A DNA stretch of 64,000 bases, taken from assembly GCA_964428555.1 (NCBI GenBank), contig CAYRYS010000004.1:1-64000 (forward strand), given 5' to 3'. A program made the position numbers and the translations under genes. This stretch comes from an uncultured Spirochaetales bacterium (GTDB lineage Bacteria > Spirochaetota > Spirochaetia > CAYRYS01). Each line of letters starts with the position of its first letter. Position 1 is the stretch's first letter. A model generated the notes under the pieces. That model was not told the DNA's origin and searched no databases. It was given only the letters and a program-made list of their open reading frames with translations. This document shows positions 1 to 10,184 of this stretch, in pieces.

Positions 1-410
1 TAAATAACCCCTAACACAATTGAATACACACCAAGCCCAAGCTCCAACAGCAAGGGAACCCTGCCGACATACGCGAGAAGCCCGAATACTAAACTAATAC
101 CACCGATAACAAACATAATTGTAGCTGATGTATGGATCCGTGCAACCGGATCTGTAGACGATCCCGGCACAGGCCTTCCGTCTCTCAGCAATACAATATC
201 CGACTGCATAAACCGGTGCTGCAGCCGTACCACGAGGTGAGAACCGTCTGGCAAACTAAATTCCTTGCCTTGCCTTAACTCCAGCTCATTATCTATTGTG
301 CCAATCGTATTCCCGCTGAATTTTATTTCCATGTCCTTAAAATTTCCCATCCAGGTAAGTTCCAGCACCTTATCCCCGCCCCGCTCAAGGGCATACTCAC
401 GCTTTGCCAT
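1..410 (-). CDS. Hypothetical membrane protein; the N-terminal 136 codons lie in the window and the gene runs past the window start
   Basis: Reverse-complement translation from ATG at 410..408 gives MAKREYALERGGDKVLELTWMGNFKDMEIKF...LLAYVGRVPLLLELGLGVYSIVLGVI with no stop before position 1. A GAAAGGAAACGG Shine-Dalgarno-like stretch precedes the ATG. The gene is divergent from the GntR gene. It is absent from the ORF track because it is partial. Confidence 0.4.
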   Translation of the reverse strand, partial: MAKREYALERGGDKVLELTWMGNFKDMEIKFSGNTIGTIDNELELRQGKEFSLPDGSHLVVRLQHRFMQSDIVLLRDGRPVPGSSTDPVARIHTSATIMFVIGGISLVFGLLAYVGRVPLLLELGLGVYSIVLGVI

Positions 411-564
411 TTGCCGTTTCCTTTCACCATGGTTTTCATTATGCTTTCAGATTGTAACATATTTCTCAAATAATTTCTGCTGTTTTTGATATTTATATTG
501 ACAGAGTCGTATCTGTGTACTAATATTATAATGTACTAACACTTTAATACAATAAGGTAAGCGT

Positions 565-984
565 ATGGCAATGAAAGAATCAGCTGATAATGCGTTAGAA
601 TTCTATCTTGACCCCAAAAGCGGCGTACCCTACTACAAACAGATTATCCAGCAAATTGAGATGGCAATCGCAGACGGAAGGCTGGTAAGCGGATCTCAGC
701 TGCCCACAGTCCGGGGTCTGGCTGTTGACCTACAAGTAAACCCGAACACAGTAGCACGCGCCTACAGTCAGCTTGAAATTCGCGGTATTGTAAATACTCA
801 ACAAGGAACTGGAACATTTATCAGTGATAAAGAAATAACAATCCCGGATGTTGAGCGGGAAAAGATTCTTTCATCAATAACCCAGAGCTATCTTATAAAA
901 CTCAATTCTTTCGGATTCACTATTGAGGAAGCAATTTCATACCTTCAGGAAATGAAACTGCATGACAGCGAGGAGGCATCATGA
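565..984 (+). CDS. GntR-family transcriptional regulator (winged HTH only, short)
   Basis: HTH segment LPTVRGLAVDLQVNPNTVARAYSQLEIRGIV is typical of the GntR N-terminal domain. The stop overlaps the next start (ATGA). Confidence 0.75.
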   Translation: MAMKESADNALEFYLDPKSGVPYYKQIIQQIEMAIADGRLVSGSQLPTVRGLAVDLQVNPNTVARAYSQLEIRGIVNTQQGTGTFISDKEITIPDVEREKILSSITQSYLIKLNSFGFTIEEAISYLQEMKLHDSEEAS

Positions 985-2114
985 ATCTATTCCAGGAAAA
1001 AGTAGAACGTATTAAAAACGCGCACAAACAGCTATTGGTAAAAGACTTTCAATACAATGTGTTTTCATATCTCATGCTGGCAATCTTTTTATCTGCAGCA
1101 GTTGGTGTACAGTTCTTTCTCTTCCCGGAAACTGCAAGTTTTAAACTCGTGGTAACTGCGGTCTGTGTATTAGCCGCAGGGGGGCTACTCACCATTGTGC
1201 CAATGTGGATTTCAGTAATTCAGTTCATTGTACTTGCATGGGTTGGACTCTTTGCATTTCTTGATCTAAGCTATACCCCGCTTATTGGAATAATCTCAAT
1301 TGGTCTTCTATTAAGCGCATCAATTCAGCTTGTATACCATTGGGACAAGGTCGTAATACTCAGACTCGGGAAGTTCAAGGCTGTCCACGACCCAGGACTG
1401 TTTTTTCTTATCCCGCTCATGGACAGAACTGCTGATTTTGTTGACACCAGAATACGGGTAACCGACTTTTCTGCTGAAAAAACCATTACCAGAGACACAG
1501 TACCTGTGCATGTAGATGCACTCGCATTCTGGATGATCTGGGACGCAAAAAAAGCCATTCTGGAGGTGGAAAACTTTTTAGAAGCAGTTGTACTTTCAGC
1601 ACAAACAGCGTTACGGGACTCTATAGGACGGCATGACCTTTCAGAGCTGCTCTCTGAACGAGATAAGCTTGGAAAGGAAATTCAGCGGTCATTGGATGCA
1701 AAAACAAGCCCCTGGGGAATTACCATTCTTTCTATAGAATTTACTGATATTATCATTCCCCAAGCATTAGAAGATGCGATGAGTAAACGCGCCCAGGCTG
1801 AGAGGGAACGCCAATCCAGGGTAATCCTCGGAACAGCAGAGGTAGAAATAGCGGAAAAATTCGAAAAAGCAGCAGAGCGGTATAAGGATAATCCCACTGC
1901 CCTCCAGCTAAGGGCAATGAACATGGTATACGAAGGGCTGAGAAGCAAAGGCGCGCTTATGCTCCTTCCTTCCAGCGCCTTGGAGTCAATGAATCTGGGT
2001 ACGGCCTTAGCAAGCTATGCTCTAAAAAACCAGCAAACAAACAGCCTGTTCCCGGAAAATGCACCGGAGAAAGAGAAAAAGCAGGAAGGAAACAAGGAGG
2101 ACCATAATGGTTAG
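981..2114 (+). CDS. SPFH / band-7 (stomatin-prohibitin-HflC like) membrane protein
   Basis: N-terminal TM helices followed by a band-7 core, ILRLGKFKAVHDPGLFFLIPLMDR...ISDDLKD..., and a coiled-coil tail. An AGGAGG RBS lies 6 nt upstream of the ATG. Confidence 0.75.
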   Translation: MNLFQEKVERIKNAHKQLLVKDFQYNVFSYLMLAIFLSAAVGVQFFLFPETASFKLVVTAVCVLAAGGLLTIVPMWISVIQFIVLAWVGLFAFLDLSYTPLIGIISIGLLLSASIQLVYHWDKVVILRLGKFKAVHDPGLFFLIPLMDRTADFVDTRIRVTDFSAEKTITRDTVPVHVDALAFWMIWDAKKAILEVENFLEAVVLSAQTALRDSIGRHDLSELLSERDKLGKEIQRSLDAKTSPWGITILSIEFTDIIIPQALEDAMSKRAQAERERQSRVILGTAEVEIAEKFEKAAERYKDNPTALQLRAMNMVYEGLRSKGALMLLPSSALESMNLGTALASYALKNQQTNSLFPENAPEKEKKQEGNKEDHNG

Positions 2115-2787
2115 AACAGAAAACGTAAGAAAGGTTTATCATGCAGGGGAAACTGATGTAAATGCCCTGCAGGGAGTTTCTTTAAACATAGATAAGGGTG
2201 ATTTTGTATCCATTGCAGGACCTTCCGGATCTGGAAAAACAACGCTGTTAAATCTGATCGGCTGCATTGATACAGTTACTGAGGGCGAGATATATATTGA
2301 TGACCAGCCGGTTTCCGGAAAGGATAAGAAAGAACTGGCCCTTCTGCGCAGAAAGCGGATCGGATTTGTGTTCCAGAATTTCAATTTAATTCCAGTACTT
2401 ACTGCATATGAAAATGTGTCCTTTGCTCTATCCTTATTAAAACTCAGCGACAAAGAGGTAAAGGAGAGAACAATGGAGATCCTTAGAGAGGTCGGCCTTG
2501 AAGGAATGGAGGACAGGCTCCCTTCCCGGCTGTCAGGGGGACAGCAGCAGCGAGTTGCTGTAGCGCGGGCATTGGTAAAAGAACCAGACCTTATCCTTGC
2601 TGATGAACCCACTGCAAATCTTGACTCTAAAACAGGACAGGACATCCTAGACCTTATGGAGCAGCTGAACGAAAAATACAATGCAACCTTTATTTTTTCT
2701 ACTCACGACCAAATGGTAATGGACTTTGCGCACCGCCTGGTCATGCTCCATGACGGAAAAATATCCAGCGATGAAAGGAGGAAATAA
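2107..2787 (+). CDS. ABC transporter ATP-binding protein (LolD/MacB-type)
   Basis: Walker [16 protein letters not shown], signature [15 protein letters not shown], Walker [10 protein letters not shown] place the start at ATG 2107 after a GGAGG RBS rather than the ORF-track 2059. Confidence 0.85.
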   Translation: MVRTENVRKVYHAGETDVNALQGVSLNIDKGDFVSIAGPSGSGKTTLLNLIGCIDTVTEGEIYIDDQPVSGKDKKELALLRRKRIGFVFQNFNLIPVLTAYENVSFALSLLKLSDKEVKERTMEILREVGLEGMEDRLPSRLSGGQQQRVAVARALVKEPDLILADEPTANLDSKTGQDILDLMEQLNEKYNATFIFSTHDQMVMDFAHRLVMLHDGKISSDERRK

Positions 2788-4040
2788 TGAAATTTCTCAT
2801 TTCTCTTGCATGGAAAAACCTTTCCAGATATGGACGCAGAACTGTTATTACTGCTATTGCAATAGCAGTAGGACTGGGGCTGTATATTTTCGTTGACTCC
2901 ATGCTCCTCGGCGCAGATGTAGAAACAGAGCGTAACCTGATTTGGTATGAAACCTCTTCTGCCAAGGTAATGGACCAGGAGTATTATGATGAAATCGGTT
3001 TTATGCCCTTATCTGAAAATATACAGAACCCGGAAGAGGTTATGGAAATTATAGAAGCACAGGGGTATGAAGCTGTACCAAGAATCCAGTTTTCAGGCGA
3101 GCTGTATGTACAGGAAGACCCATATCCTGAGACAGGCTCCCTCCAGGCGCGCATAACTGCGATAGACCCGACCCAGGATGATGATGTCTATCGTTTACAG
3201 GATACTGTAGTGGAAGGAAACTACCTTACTCCAGGTGAACCAGAGGTCATGATAGGCGCAGCCCTAGCAGAAGACCTTGGTGCACAAATCGGATACCCCT
3301 TTACTATTGTAACCAGAACACAGGAAGGAGCCTACCAAACAATGGACCTTACTGTTGTAGGAATTGTAGATGCGCCTGACCCGGTAATTGACAGATCAGG
3401 TGTATTCATTCCTTTAGAATATGCAGATTACCAGCTTTATTTGGGCGGTGCGGTTACAGAAATCAGCATCCTTGTTCCTGCATACCAGAATCTGGAAAAT
3501 GTAATTGCTGACCTACGTTCCAGGATATCCCAAGAGTTTACCGGACTCACCATTGTGCCATGGCAGGAGCTTGCCCAGGACTTTACTGCAATGTCAGAGG
3601 CAAAGTCTTCAGGCTCCTCTATGATCCTATCCCTGGTATTCATTATCGCACTTGTGGGCATTTCAAATACTATGCTGATGGCAGTATTCGAACGAATACA
3701 AGAAATTGGAATGATGCGGGCCATGGGAATGAAGGACAGTGAAATCCGGCTAACCTTCCTCTTTGAGGCAGCAGGTATCGGGTTTATCGGATCTGTGGTT
3801 GGAGTAATTTTCGGGATACTCCTGAACACGTGGCTCATTATTTGGGGCATCGACTTTACGGCACTGATCGGAGACATGGATATAGGTTACAGAATCGCGG
3901 GGGTGTTCTATGGCGCATGGAATCCGGGAACAATTATAACAGCATTCTTTGCAGGGATTATTCTTTCAGCTATAGTCGCATTCTACCCAGCACATAAGGC
4001 ACTGAAGATGGATATCACCGAGTGCCTACACTATCAATAA
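2787..4040 (+). CDS. ABC transporter permease, FtsX/MacB-LolCE family
   Basis: 417 aa with an N-terminal TM helix, a large periplasmic domain and a C-terminal FtsX-like 3-TM bundle (LSLVFIIALVGISNTMLMAVFERIQEIGMMRAMG). Confidence 0.8.
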   Translation: MKFLISLAWKNLSRYGRRTVITAIAIAVGLGLYIFVDSMLLGADVETERNLIWYETSSAKVMDQEYYDEIGFMPLSENIQNPEEVMEIIEAQGYEAVPRIQFSGELYVQEDPYPETGSLQARITAIDPTQDDDVYRLQDTVVEGNYLTPGEPEVMIGAALAEDLGAQIGYPFTIVTRTQEGAYQTMDLTVVGIVDAPDPVIDRSGVFIPLEYADYQLYLGGAVTEISILVPAYQNLENVIADLRSRISQEFTGLTIVPWQELAQDFTAMSEAKSSGSSMILSLVFIIALVGISNTMLMAVFERIQEIGMMRAMGMKDSEIRLTFLFEAAGIGFIGSVVGVIFGILLNTWLIIWGIDFTALIGDMDIGYRIAGVFYGAWNPGTIITAFFAGIILSAIVAFYPAHKALKMDITECLHYQ

Positions 4041-4050
4041 GGAGGATTGC

Positions 4051-5283
4051 ATGAAATTATCAGTAATTGCCTTCCGCAACATATCTCGAAATACAAGAAG
4101 AAGCATTCTCTCTGGCACTGCAATCGCGGTTGCCGCAATGTCAATCGTGATCCTCTTTTCCCTTATCGCAGGGATGCGGGCTGACTTCCGCTCAAACCTT
4201 GTCCGATATATTACCGGAGACATCCGGCTCCGGACTGCAGAATATGACGAAAATGCCCATCTCTTTCCGCTAGGAGAAGCAATGATCAATGCCGGTACCC
4301 TGGTAGAGGAGCTTGACCAGGTTCAGGGTGTAACCGCTGTTTCACCTCGCGTACAATTCCCGACTGCAATCTATCAAGAGGGCCGCACTTCCAATGCATT
4401 GGGATTCGGCATGGATTTTGAAAATGAAGAGGAGTATCAGAATATTGGGGATTACATTATCGAAGGCCGGCTTCCTGAGGCTGGGGAGAATGAGACAATT
4501 CTCGGCCAGGGGCTGAGCAACGAGCTTGGGCTTTCTGTTGGCGACAGCTTTACCATCCTCTCCAGAACACGGGGTAGAGGGACAAACGCAATAACCCTGC
4601 ATATAACAGGGTTGATCAATTTTACAACTGCAGGAATGGGGAACAGGACCTTTCTGGCTCCATTAGACAGAATACAGTATTTTCTCCGTATGCCGGATAC
4701 TGCAACAGAGATTCTGGTTCGGGTTGATGATCCGGAAAATTCCCAAGCAGTTGAGACCAGAATTGAGTCACTTATAGCACAGCAGGGCAGAGATGAAATA
4801 CAAGCCCGAAGGCTGGAAGATATATCAGAAATGTTCGGCTTTATGGAACTGGCTCAACAGATATATAACTTTATAGCCTTGGTGTTTTTCATCCTCGCAA
4901 GCACGGTTATTGTTAATACAACAATGATGGTTATTTATGAGCGGTATAGGGAGATAGGTACAATTGCAGCAATGGGTATGACCGGAGGAGAGATTGTTCG
5001 TCTCTTTTTTATTGAGGCATTCTACATCGGGCTGATAGGATCAGCAATCGGCGTGCTCCTTGGAATCGGAATTACCATCCCATTATCTATTTTCGGAATT
5101 GACCTGACAGCTGCAATGGAAGGGATTGATATTGAAATGTCAGGCACAATAAAAACACAGCTAAGCTGGTATTCAACTGTAGTTGTATTTCTTTATTCAA
5201 CCGTAATTGCCTCTATTGCAAGCCTTCTACCTTCCAGGCGGGCAGCAAAGGTTGAACCAGTTGAAGCACTACGGTCAGTCTAA
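4051..5283 (+). CDS. ABC transporter permease, FtsX/MacB-LolCE family (second copy)
   Basis: 410 aa with the same architecture (VFFILASTVIVNTTMMVIYERYREIGTIAAMG). A GGAGG RBS precedes it. Confidence 0.8.
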   Translation: MKLSVIAFRNISRNTRRSILSGTAIAVAAMSIVILFSLIAGMRADFRSNLVRYITGDIRLRTAEYDENAHLFPLGEAMINAGTLVEELDQVQGVTAVSPRVQFPTAIYQEGRTSNALGFGMDFENEEEYQNIGDYIIEGRLPEAGENETILGQGLSNELGLSVGDSFTILSRTRGRGTNAITLHITGLINFTTAGMGNRTFLAPLDRIQYFLRMPDTATEILVRVDDPENSQAVETRIESLIAQQGRDEIQARRLEDISEMFGFMELAQQIYNFIALVFFILASTVIVNTTMMVIYERYREIGTIAAMGMTGGEIVRLFFIEAFYIGLIGSAIGVLLGIGITIPLSIFGIDLTAAMEGIDIEMSGTIKTQLSWYSTVVVFLYSTVIASIASLLPSRRAAKVEPVEALRSV

Positions 5284-5301
5284 GAAAAAGGAGGAAACAC
5301 T

Positions 5302-6033
5302 ATGAAACAGATGATAACAATTGTACTATTTTTAATAATTGGAGGAACCGGATTTACCCAGAGCCCTGACCAGATTATTTCCAGGATGGAGGAAAACCAA
5401 TCCTTTAGTTCAGCCAGGTTTGAAGGAAGGTTTATTATAGAAGACAGGTGGGGAACTAAAGAAACCGAGTTCACTGCATACACGAACGGAGAAGAAAATA
5501 CAAGGATTGACTTTACCTCAGGGGAAGAGCGCGGTCAGAAGATCCTGCGAACAGAGAATGAGATTTACCTGTACTATCCGGATGCTGAAGAGGTTATCCG
5601 GCTCCAAGGTGCTGCACTGCGTGAATCTGTCATGGGTTCAGACCTTTCTTACGAAGATATTGCAGGGGACAGAGATCTAACAGATGAGTATGAAATTACA
5701 CTGGAAGGGACTGAACAAATAGATGGGCACGAGTGTTACCATCTGCGTCTTGAAGCAAACACACAGCAGGTCCCCTACCCCATTCAAGAAATCTGGGTCG
5801 ACACCGAATTATATGTAATGCGGAAAGCAGAATACTATTCTCTTAACAACAGGCTACTTAAGACAATGGAGGTACTGGAAATTTCTCAGCAGAGCGGATA
5901 CGTTTTTCCCACGCATTACACTATGGTAGACCATATGAAACGTAACTCATCAACAGAATTTATCATAGAAAGTATAGACTTAAATGCCCGGTTTGACAGA
6001 GGCACTTTCAGCCTGGAGGACCTGTCATGGTAA
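5302..6033 (+). CDS. LolA-like outer-membrane lipoprotein-sorting family protein (secreted)
   Basis: Has a signal peptide. The 243-aa beta-rich protein resembles the LolA-like/DUF4367-type proteins that accompany FtsX ABC transporters. Context with the ATPase and two permeases supports the call. AAAGGAGG RBS. Confidence 0.5.
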   Translation: MKQMITIVLFLIIGGTGFTQSPDQIISRMEENQSFSSARFEGRFIIEDRWGTKETEFTAYTNGEENTRIDFTSGEERGQKILRTENEIYLYYPDAEEVIRLQGAALRESVMGSDLSYEDIAGDRDLTDEYEITLEGTEQIDGHECYHLRLEANTQQVPYPIQEIWVDTELYVMRKAEYYSLNNRLLKTMEVLEISQQSGYVFPTHYTMVDHMKRNSSTEFIIESIDLNARFDRGTFSLEDLSW

Positions 6034-7121
6034 AAAGGTCACTGCTTATTATTTTGGCCCTCGCTTTTGCAGGGGACCTGGCTTACGGAGAGGTGAATCA
6101 GTCTGTCGAGCTTCAGCTGTTCAATTCGGTACTGAGAAACACAGAGGGAGACTTCATTTTTACCGGAATTGGATCAGGAAACTGGGAGCTCTCATCAACC
6201 GGATACAGAAATGTTAAAGCTGAACTCTCCCTCTCAGCACTAATCGGAAGCCCTGCTCCGGTTTTTTCCATTGACAGGTCATTCATTAAAGTTCGGTTTC
6301 CATGGTTCAGGTTAAATGCTGGAAAAACCAGGCTTTCCTGGGGAGAGGGGGCTTTCTTTAATGCAGGGGATATACTTTTTGGATCAACCAATATCCGGAA
6401 TACAGACTTAACAAGCGAAGTACTCAGAGACCAGAGCGACTGGCTGCTTTCATTGTATGTTCCATTAGCACGGTTTTCTTTCCTTGAAGCTGTGGTACTT
6501 CCGCCGGAAGCAAACCTAAATACTCCCTTGGATTCTACTCTCTTTGTTAACTCTTCCGCAGCTATCCGTGCAATGGCAACAGTTATAGGAACAGAAATAG
6601 AAGGGGGATACCGTTTTAACGGGAATGAAGATGTGCACATACCGTACATAGCTGCACAGGGCAATCTCTTTGTTGACTGGTATGCAGCCGCTTCTGCACA
6701 GATCCCCCATGGTGAATCAGATTATTCTATAGAGGATGCATGGGATTCAACAGCTATTTCCTTCGGCATACTCCATATTCTCAGCATCGGCTATACTAGC
6801 CAGTTAAGCCTACGCTTTGAGTCCTTAGTATCCCCTGGAGGATACTGGGAAGAGCAGGAGAGCCTTGGTGCAGAATACGGTATTTACCTTTTCCCTGAAG
6901 CAAGCTTGAGTTTTGGGGATGCTCTATCAGTACAGATTCGCAGCATTATAAGCCCTATAGATATCTCCGCACTCACAAGCATAGGAGGATACTGGAATGT
7001 ATACCAAGACTTTAGTTTCCTCTCTTTTATTACAGTACAATCCGGAGAAGAACAGGATATTTTCGGTTGGAACAGATACAGCGATCTGTCGGCTACACTC
7101 GGCATGAAATTTTCCTATTAA
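6027..7121 (+). CDS. Hypothetical secreted protein, possibly an outer-membrane beta-barrel
   Basis: Signal peptide MVKRSLLIILALAFAGDLAYG. The sequence is beta-rich and ends in an aromatic residue (LGMKFSY), as in OMP C-termini. The start overlaps the upstream stop, suggesting translational coupling. Confidence 0.45.
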   Translation: MVKRSLLIILALAFAGDLAYGEVNQSVELQLFNSVLRNTEGDFIFTGIGSGNWELSSTGYRNVKAELSLSALIGSPAPVFSIDRSFIKVRFPWFRLNAGKTRLSWGEGAFFNAGDILFGSTNIRNTDLTSEVLRDQSDWLLSLYVPLARFSFLEAVVLPPEANLNTPLDSTLFVNSSAAIRAMATVIGTEIEGGYRFNGNEDVHIPYIAAQGNLFVDWYAAASAQIPHGESDYSIEDAWDSTAISFGILHILSIGYTSQLSLRFESLVSPGGYWEEQESLGAEYGIYLFPEASLSFGDALSVQIRSIISPIDISALTSIGGYWNVYQDFSFLSFITVQSGEEQDIFGWNRYSDLSATLGMKFSY

Positions 7122-7191
7122 TTGCAGCCTAAGTATACAGAACAGATAGCCCAAGCATCTTATACTGATCATGCAGCACAGGAGGTGTACC

Positions 7192-7656
7192 ATGAAAACA
7201 CAGATATATTCATCTCCAATCGGAATGCTTATAATAGGCATGAATATAGAAGGAGCTGTTGTAAATCTGCAGCTGGTTGAAGGTCTGGAACATTCCGAAA
7301 AACCGGACGCCTCTTCTCAGTTCCTCCGGGTTTTCCAAGAGCTTAATGAGTATTTTGCAGGTTTGAGAAAAGTATTTACTATACAGACTTCAGCTTCAGG
7401 AACAGATTTTCAAAAAAGAGTTTGGAAACAGTTAACTACTGTTCCATACGGCGAAACCATCAGTTATTCGCAACTCGCACAAGGAATTAACAACCCCTAT
7501 GCAGCACGGGCGGTGGGGAATGCATTAGCTGCAAACCCCATTCCGATTCTCATTCCATGCCACAGAGTTATTACTGCTTCAGGCAAGATAGGAAACTATG
7601 CACTGGGTGCTGAGAGCAAAATGTTATTGCTGGATTTAGAGGGCAGAGACAAATAA
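7192..7656 (+). CDS. ogt: Methylated-DNA--protein-cysteine methyltransferase
   Basis: Active-site motif IPCHRVI and the HTH-like region PYGETISYSQLA are present. I chose the ATG at 7192, preceded by AGGAGGTG, over the 7171 ATG. Confidence 0.8.
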   Translation: MKTQIYSSPIGMLIIGMNIEGAVVNLQLVEGLEHSEKPDASSQFLRVFQELNEYFAGLRKVFTIQTSASGTDFQKRVWKQLTTVPYGETISYSQLAQGINNPYAARAVGNALAANPIPILIPCHRVITASGKIGNYALGAESKMLLLDLEGRDK

Positions 7657-7657
7657 G

Positions 7658-9220
7658 TTATTTAACAAACATCTGCAAGAGCTGAACAAAGTAATAAATC
7701 TTTTTATACACCCCGATAATCTGCTCTGCAATCGGTTCTTCAGAAGCCATCTCAATTTCTTTCCAATTTAAGATGAGTTCATGGGGCTGTTTACTATGGT
7801 CATCATATACATTTTTTAGAGATTTCCCAACAACAATGAAATTTTGGGCTGAAGTAGTAATATATTTATGCGCCTGGTCATTAATCTGTTTTAGCACCTG
7901 CCGAAGAGAAGCCATAGCATTCTTATCTTTGTCAGCGCGGATAAGAAGGTTCTTCATTTTTAGGCCCATCTCCCCATCTTCAGCCAAACTGTCATCAAAC
8001 TCTGTCAGATTTGTCGATGTTTCCATTAGACTATGAAATGATTCAGATAGCTGCTGAGACATAAGGGTTGTTGACCACTGTCCTTTTATTAAAAACAAGT
8101 CAACTACCTGCTTAATATCCCGCTTCAAGAAATCCAGAAGAAATGCCTTTAAGTAGTTTACCGGGGTTACATGAATGTACCCGCCAAGGTTCTTCTTGGA
8201 AAAGCTGACATTAGCCTTATCAGTGTAGTTTTTCATTCTGGAAACAGCAGTAGTGCCGAAGATCTCTTTCGCAAGCTTTTCCTCTTTATTTTTCTTCTTA
8301 GCCTGCGCAATTTTTTGTATTGCTAATTCAGTTTGTGTTTTTAATTTAGACAGATAGGGCTCAACAATTTTTTCTTTCGGCGGCTGCACAGTTTCTTTAT
8401 AGTAGGGATCTTTATCAATATGCTGGATAATATGTAAAAGTACTCTGGACTTTTTAATGTCCTGTAAATACTTAACAAGCTTTTTCCAGTTCCCGCGGTT
8501 TACTACCTCTACGTTTCGGTATTCCTGGAGTATATCAAAAATATATTCCCAATCCTGATGCGGATCTAAGAGAATCATAAGGTCATTAAAATCTTTTAAG
8601 TCATCAGAAATATACTCTCCATTTATCGCCTCAAACCTGGGATTATACACAAAATCGTTCTCCGGAAGATTTGAATCAAACTTTTTAAGGGTAAAGTAAT
8701 AATCAAAGTGTATAAAATCGATAAAGGTTCTTAACAGGTTATAATACATATTTATCTTTTTAACTTTATCAATATCAAAGGCGGAAAAGAAGTTCACAAG
8801 GTCATCCTTAACTTCTTTTGCAAGTTTTTTCGTATCTTCCTGCTGGGCCCGCTCTGCAATGGATTTTTCACCGAGTCTGTTTAGCAGTTTAAGCTGATCT
8901 TTATCAAGTGCACTTTCAATAATAATGTTCTTTAATACTCCGGATGAGTCCGCATGCTCTATAAGTGCCTGGGCTGGTCCGACTATCTTGTAAATTCCAT
9001 GGATGAATTTAGCAAGCTGCGGTTGTGCCTGCTCCCCTTTCGGCTTGTAGAATTTAAATTTAGATTTTTTCAGCTGTTTTTCGATTTCTTTCAGGAGGCG
9101 CTTTTTCTCACGGTCAGGGTCATCGCCGCCTAAAAAAAATGACATTATTTTTTCGAAAATATTCATTGGAGGAACTTCGTTTTGGATATTTTCCTGGCTA
9201 TTATAATCGTTCGAACTCAT
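7658..9220 (-). CDS. Hypothetical Lys/Glu-rich protein (about 520 aa)
   Basis: Long ORF with no recognisable motifs. The ORF track begins at TTG 9262; the first ATG (MSSNDY) is at 9220. Convergent with ogt. Confidence 0.5.
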   Translation of the reverse strand: MSSNDYNSQENIQNEVPPMNIFEKIMSFFLGGDDPDREKKRLLKEIEKQLKKSKFKFYKPKGEQAQPQLAKFIHGIYKIVGPAQALIEHADSSGVLKNIIIESALDKDQLKLLNRLGEKSIAERAQQEDTKKLAKEVKDDLVNFFSAFDIDKVKKINMYYNLLRTFIDFIHFDYYFTLKKFDSNLPENDFVYNPRFEAINGEYISDDLKDFNDLMILLDPHQDWEYIFDILQEYRNVEVVNRGNWKKLVKYLQDIKKSRVLLHIIQHIDKDPYYKETVQPPKEKIVEPYLSKLKTQTELAIQKIAQAKKKNKEEKLAKEIFGTTAVSRMKNYTDKANVSFSKKNLGGYIHVTPVNYLKAFLLDFLKRDIKQVVDLFLIKGQWSTTLMSQQLSESFHSLMETSTNLTEFDDSLAEDGEMGLKMKNLLIRADKDKNAMASLRQVLKQINDQAHKYITTSAQNFIVVGKSLKNVYDDHSKQPHELILNWKEIEMASEEPIAEQIIGVYKKIYYFVQLLQMFVK

Positions 9221-9341
9221 ATCATAAAGAGTATGCAAAAAAGCCTTGGGTGTCAACTGCAATTCAAAACCACTTTTACTTTAAAGAATTTATAATTGCG
9301 CTACTTTAGATCGGGACTTATACTGTTGGTAGGGGGCTTTT

Positions 9342-10184
9342 ATGCACACAAATGAGAACAACTTTCTTAGTTTTGACGGTACTACCATATTCTATCGCAG
9401 CCTGGAAGCAGAAGGACCGGAAAAAGCGGTCTGTCTTATTCTCCATGGGCTGCATGAACACTCCGAACGGTATATCCATGTAATGGAAGAGTTCAGTTCC
9501 TGGGGTATCTCAACATATGCTCCTGACCATAGAGGTCATGGCAGGACAGCAAAAACCATGGGTCATATTGAGTCCTTTCAAAAGGTAAGAAAAGACATTA
9601 TTCAATTAACAGAGTATATTAGAAACAGTCATCCTGAAAAACCCCTATTTATTCTTGGTCACAGTATGGGAGGATTGCTTACTTTGTATACATTAGAAGA
9701 AACCCAGGACCTCTTCACTGGTGCAATACTCTCCGGCGCTGCAATGGATGTAGCAGGCAGCGTCCCAGGCATAATGAAGTCCCTCTCCGGTTTACTTGCA
9801 GCTGTACTTCCCCTCCTCCCTGTTCAGGAGCTTGATACCGACAATGCAACAAAAAACAGGAAAATGGTAAAAGAAAGCAAGTCTGACCCCTTCTTTAACC
9901 ATGGTAAGGTTCGAGCAAAAACAGGGGCTGAAATGCTCAAAACAATGGATTACCTTAAACCAAGGCTGAAAAATATAAAAACCCCTGTCCTCATCCTTCA
10001 GGGAACAGAAGACGTTCTGGTTCCTACAACTGCGGCGGAACTGATATTCCGGGAAATTGGCTCAGAAGACAAGAAGAAGAAACTTTTTGACGGACTGTAC
10101 CATGAACTTCTTAATGAACCGGAAAGAGGGGAAGTGTTTGCAATTATTCAACAATGGATTGAAAAACGGACAGCAGGGTCTTGA
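9342..10184 (+). CDS. Alpha/beta hydrolase (lysophospholipase / monoacylglycerol-lipase family)
   Basis: GHSMGG nucleophile elbow, HG-type oxyanion region LILHGLHEHSERY, and a C-terminal catalytic His (YHELLNE). AGGGGG RBS. Confidence 0.75.
   Translation: MHTNENNFLSFDGTTIFYRSLEAEGPEKAVCLILHGLHEHSERYIHVMEEFSSWGISTYAPDHRGHGRTAKTMGHIESFQKVRKDIIQLTEYIRNSHPEKPLFILGHSMGGLLTLYTLEETQDLFTGAILSGAAMDVAGSVPGIMKSLSGLLAAVLPLLPVQELDTDNATKNRKMVKESKSDPFFNHGKVRAKTGAEMLKTMDYLKPRLKNIKTPVLILQGTEDVLVPTTAAELIFREIGSEDKKKKLFDGLYHELLNEPERGEVFAIIQQWIEKRTAGS

Noticed and set aside
265-489. Plus-strand 74-aa ORF in the GntR upstream region
   Set aside because: It overlaps, antisense, the better-supported minus-strand gene starting at 410, and its translation is low-complexity (S/L/F rich).
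2059-2106. Upstream extension of the ABC ATPase ORF (MHRRKRKSRKETRRTI...)
   Set aside because: A GGAGG RBS sits directly before ATG 2107, and the extension overlaps the SPFH gene and is very basic and low-complexity.
5984-6217. 77-aa plus-strand ORF spanning the LolA-like / OMP-like junction
   Set aside because: It overlaps two well-supported genes out of frame, and the peptide is Arg/Gly rich and low-complexity.
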